This document shows, piece after piece, positions 63,632-64,000 of a stretch of DNA of 64,000 nt. The notes beneath the pieces were generated by a model. It was not told where the DNA came from and did not search any database. It was given only the letters and a program-made list of their open reading frames with translations. Each line of letters begins with the position of its first letter. The stretch's first letter is position 1. The position numbers and the translations under genes are program-made. Origin of the DNA: a virus. The stretch spans positions 50,809-114,808 of IMG/VR virus record IMGVR_UViG_3300044642_000074; one strand, written 5' to 3'.

Positions 63632-63658
63632 AAAAAACCGGCTTCACGTACCGGTTTT
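63632..63658 (-). terminator. Intrinsic terminator
   Basis: AAAACCGG...CCGGTTTTTT. Confidence 0.75.
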
Positions 63659-63662
63659 GATT

Positions 63663-63885
63663 GGAGTTTCCTACGTCTATACAGCTATGCTGTCAGGTTC
63701 AGTATTATATAATTACTGGCTTCCACTTATCTTATGTGAAGTTAATCACTGTAAGCTTCTGCGTTCAAAACCTCCGTCACGGCAGTCGTTATCAACTGCA
63801 GCAGCTCATGGTTGATCAGTGTCCTGAGTCCAATTGGTTCGGGCAAGAGCGTGCCCATGATAGCTATTGCTACCCTCACCGAGTT
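63663..63885 (-). ncRNA. Candidate multi-branched structured ncRNA
   Basis: Many nested helices in a GC-richer stretch between a CDS stop and a terminator (see findings). Confidence 0.5.
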
Positions 63886-63889
63886 TATA

Positions 63890-64000
63890 CTATAAGGCAA
63901 AATACTGTCTTACAGTAACTATTTTCATTCCATCGTAAGACTTAGACGATAGAATAGTTTGATGAATAGGTTGTCCATTAGTTGTTGTCCGAGGATTGTT
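63890..64000 (-). CDS. 3' end of a hypothetical protein (partial)
   Basis: Open frame NNPRTTTNG...VRQYFAL* from the window edge. Confidence 0.45.
   Translation of the reverse strand, partial: NNPRTTTNGQPIHQTILSSKSYDGMKIVTVRQYFAL

Larger units (their letters stand above)
1..64000. mobile_element. crAss-like (Crassvirales-type) phage genome segment, Bacteroidetes host, probably temperate
   Basis: Three giant cargo ORFs with a DFDID virion RNAP; PolB/primase/DnaB module; GH19 lysin; integrase plus attP; T9SS sorting domain and TAnnTTTG promoters point to Bacteroidetes; no host housekeeping operons. Confidence 0.9.

Noticed and set aside
1-64000. Stop-codon reassignment as in some crAss-like phages
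   Set aside because: Very long uninterrupted ORFs under code 11; TAG and TGA both end genes at plausible boundaries; no suppressor tRNA seen
1-64000. Apparent abundance of CCGG and GATC sites
   Set aside because: Impression only; needs a k-mer observed/expected count, and codon pairs such as ACC/GCC-GGT could explain it

Overview
The whole 64 kb window is bacteriophage DNA from a crAss-like (Crassvirales-type) phage of a Bacteroidetes host, read with the standard genetic code; no host chromosome is visible. (1) 1-21242 (+): virion cargo genes, including a 4603-aa virion RNA polymerase (RIPTQG and GSDFDIDK motifs) and a 1539-aa protein with a PD-(D/E)xK nuclease domain. (2) 21255-38089 (-): small accessory genes and a replication module (family B DNA polymerase, primase, DnaB helicase, AAA ATPase, putative SSB, PD-(D/E)xK exonuclease, GIY-YIG nuclease, dNMP kinase, stand-alone DnaA domain IV protein). 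(3) 38201-47809 (+): a lysis cassette with a GH19 endolysin, followed directly by an eight-gene cell-envelope module: CsgG-like protein, cohesin/dockerin-like protein with a T9SS sorting domain, dockerin-like C-type lectin, predicted beta-barrel and small membrane proteins. This module is the best candidate for an undescribed system. (4) 47979-64000 (mostly -): vWA/MoxR pair, Ung, SF2 helicase, HNH, two paralogous HTH proteins, an intact attP (3' part of tRNA-Val(TAC) between inverted IHF-like sites) next to a tyrosine integrase, an unusually long tmRNA with a 26-aa tag, NADAR, and several further structured-RNA candidates. A recurring TTGTAGAAC motif marks most intergenic regions. All family calls come from motif recognition by eye; no database searches or folding programs were run.
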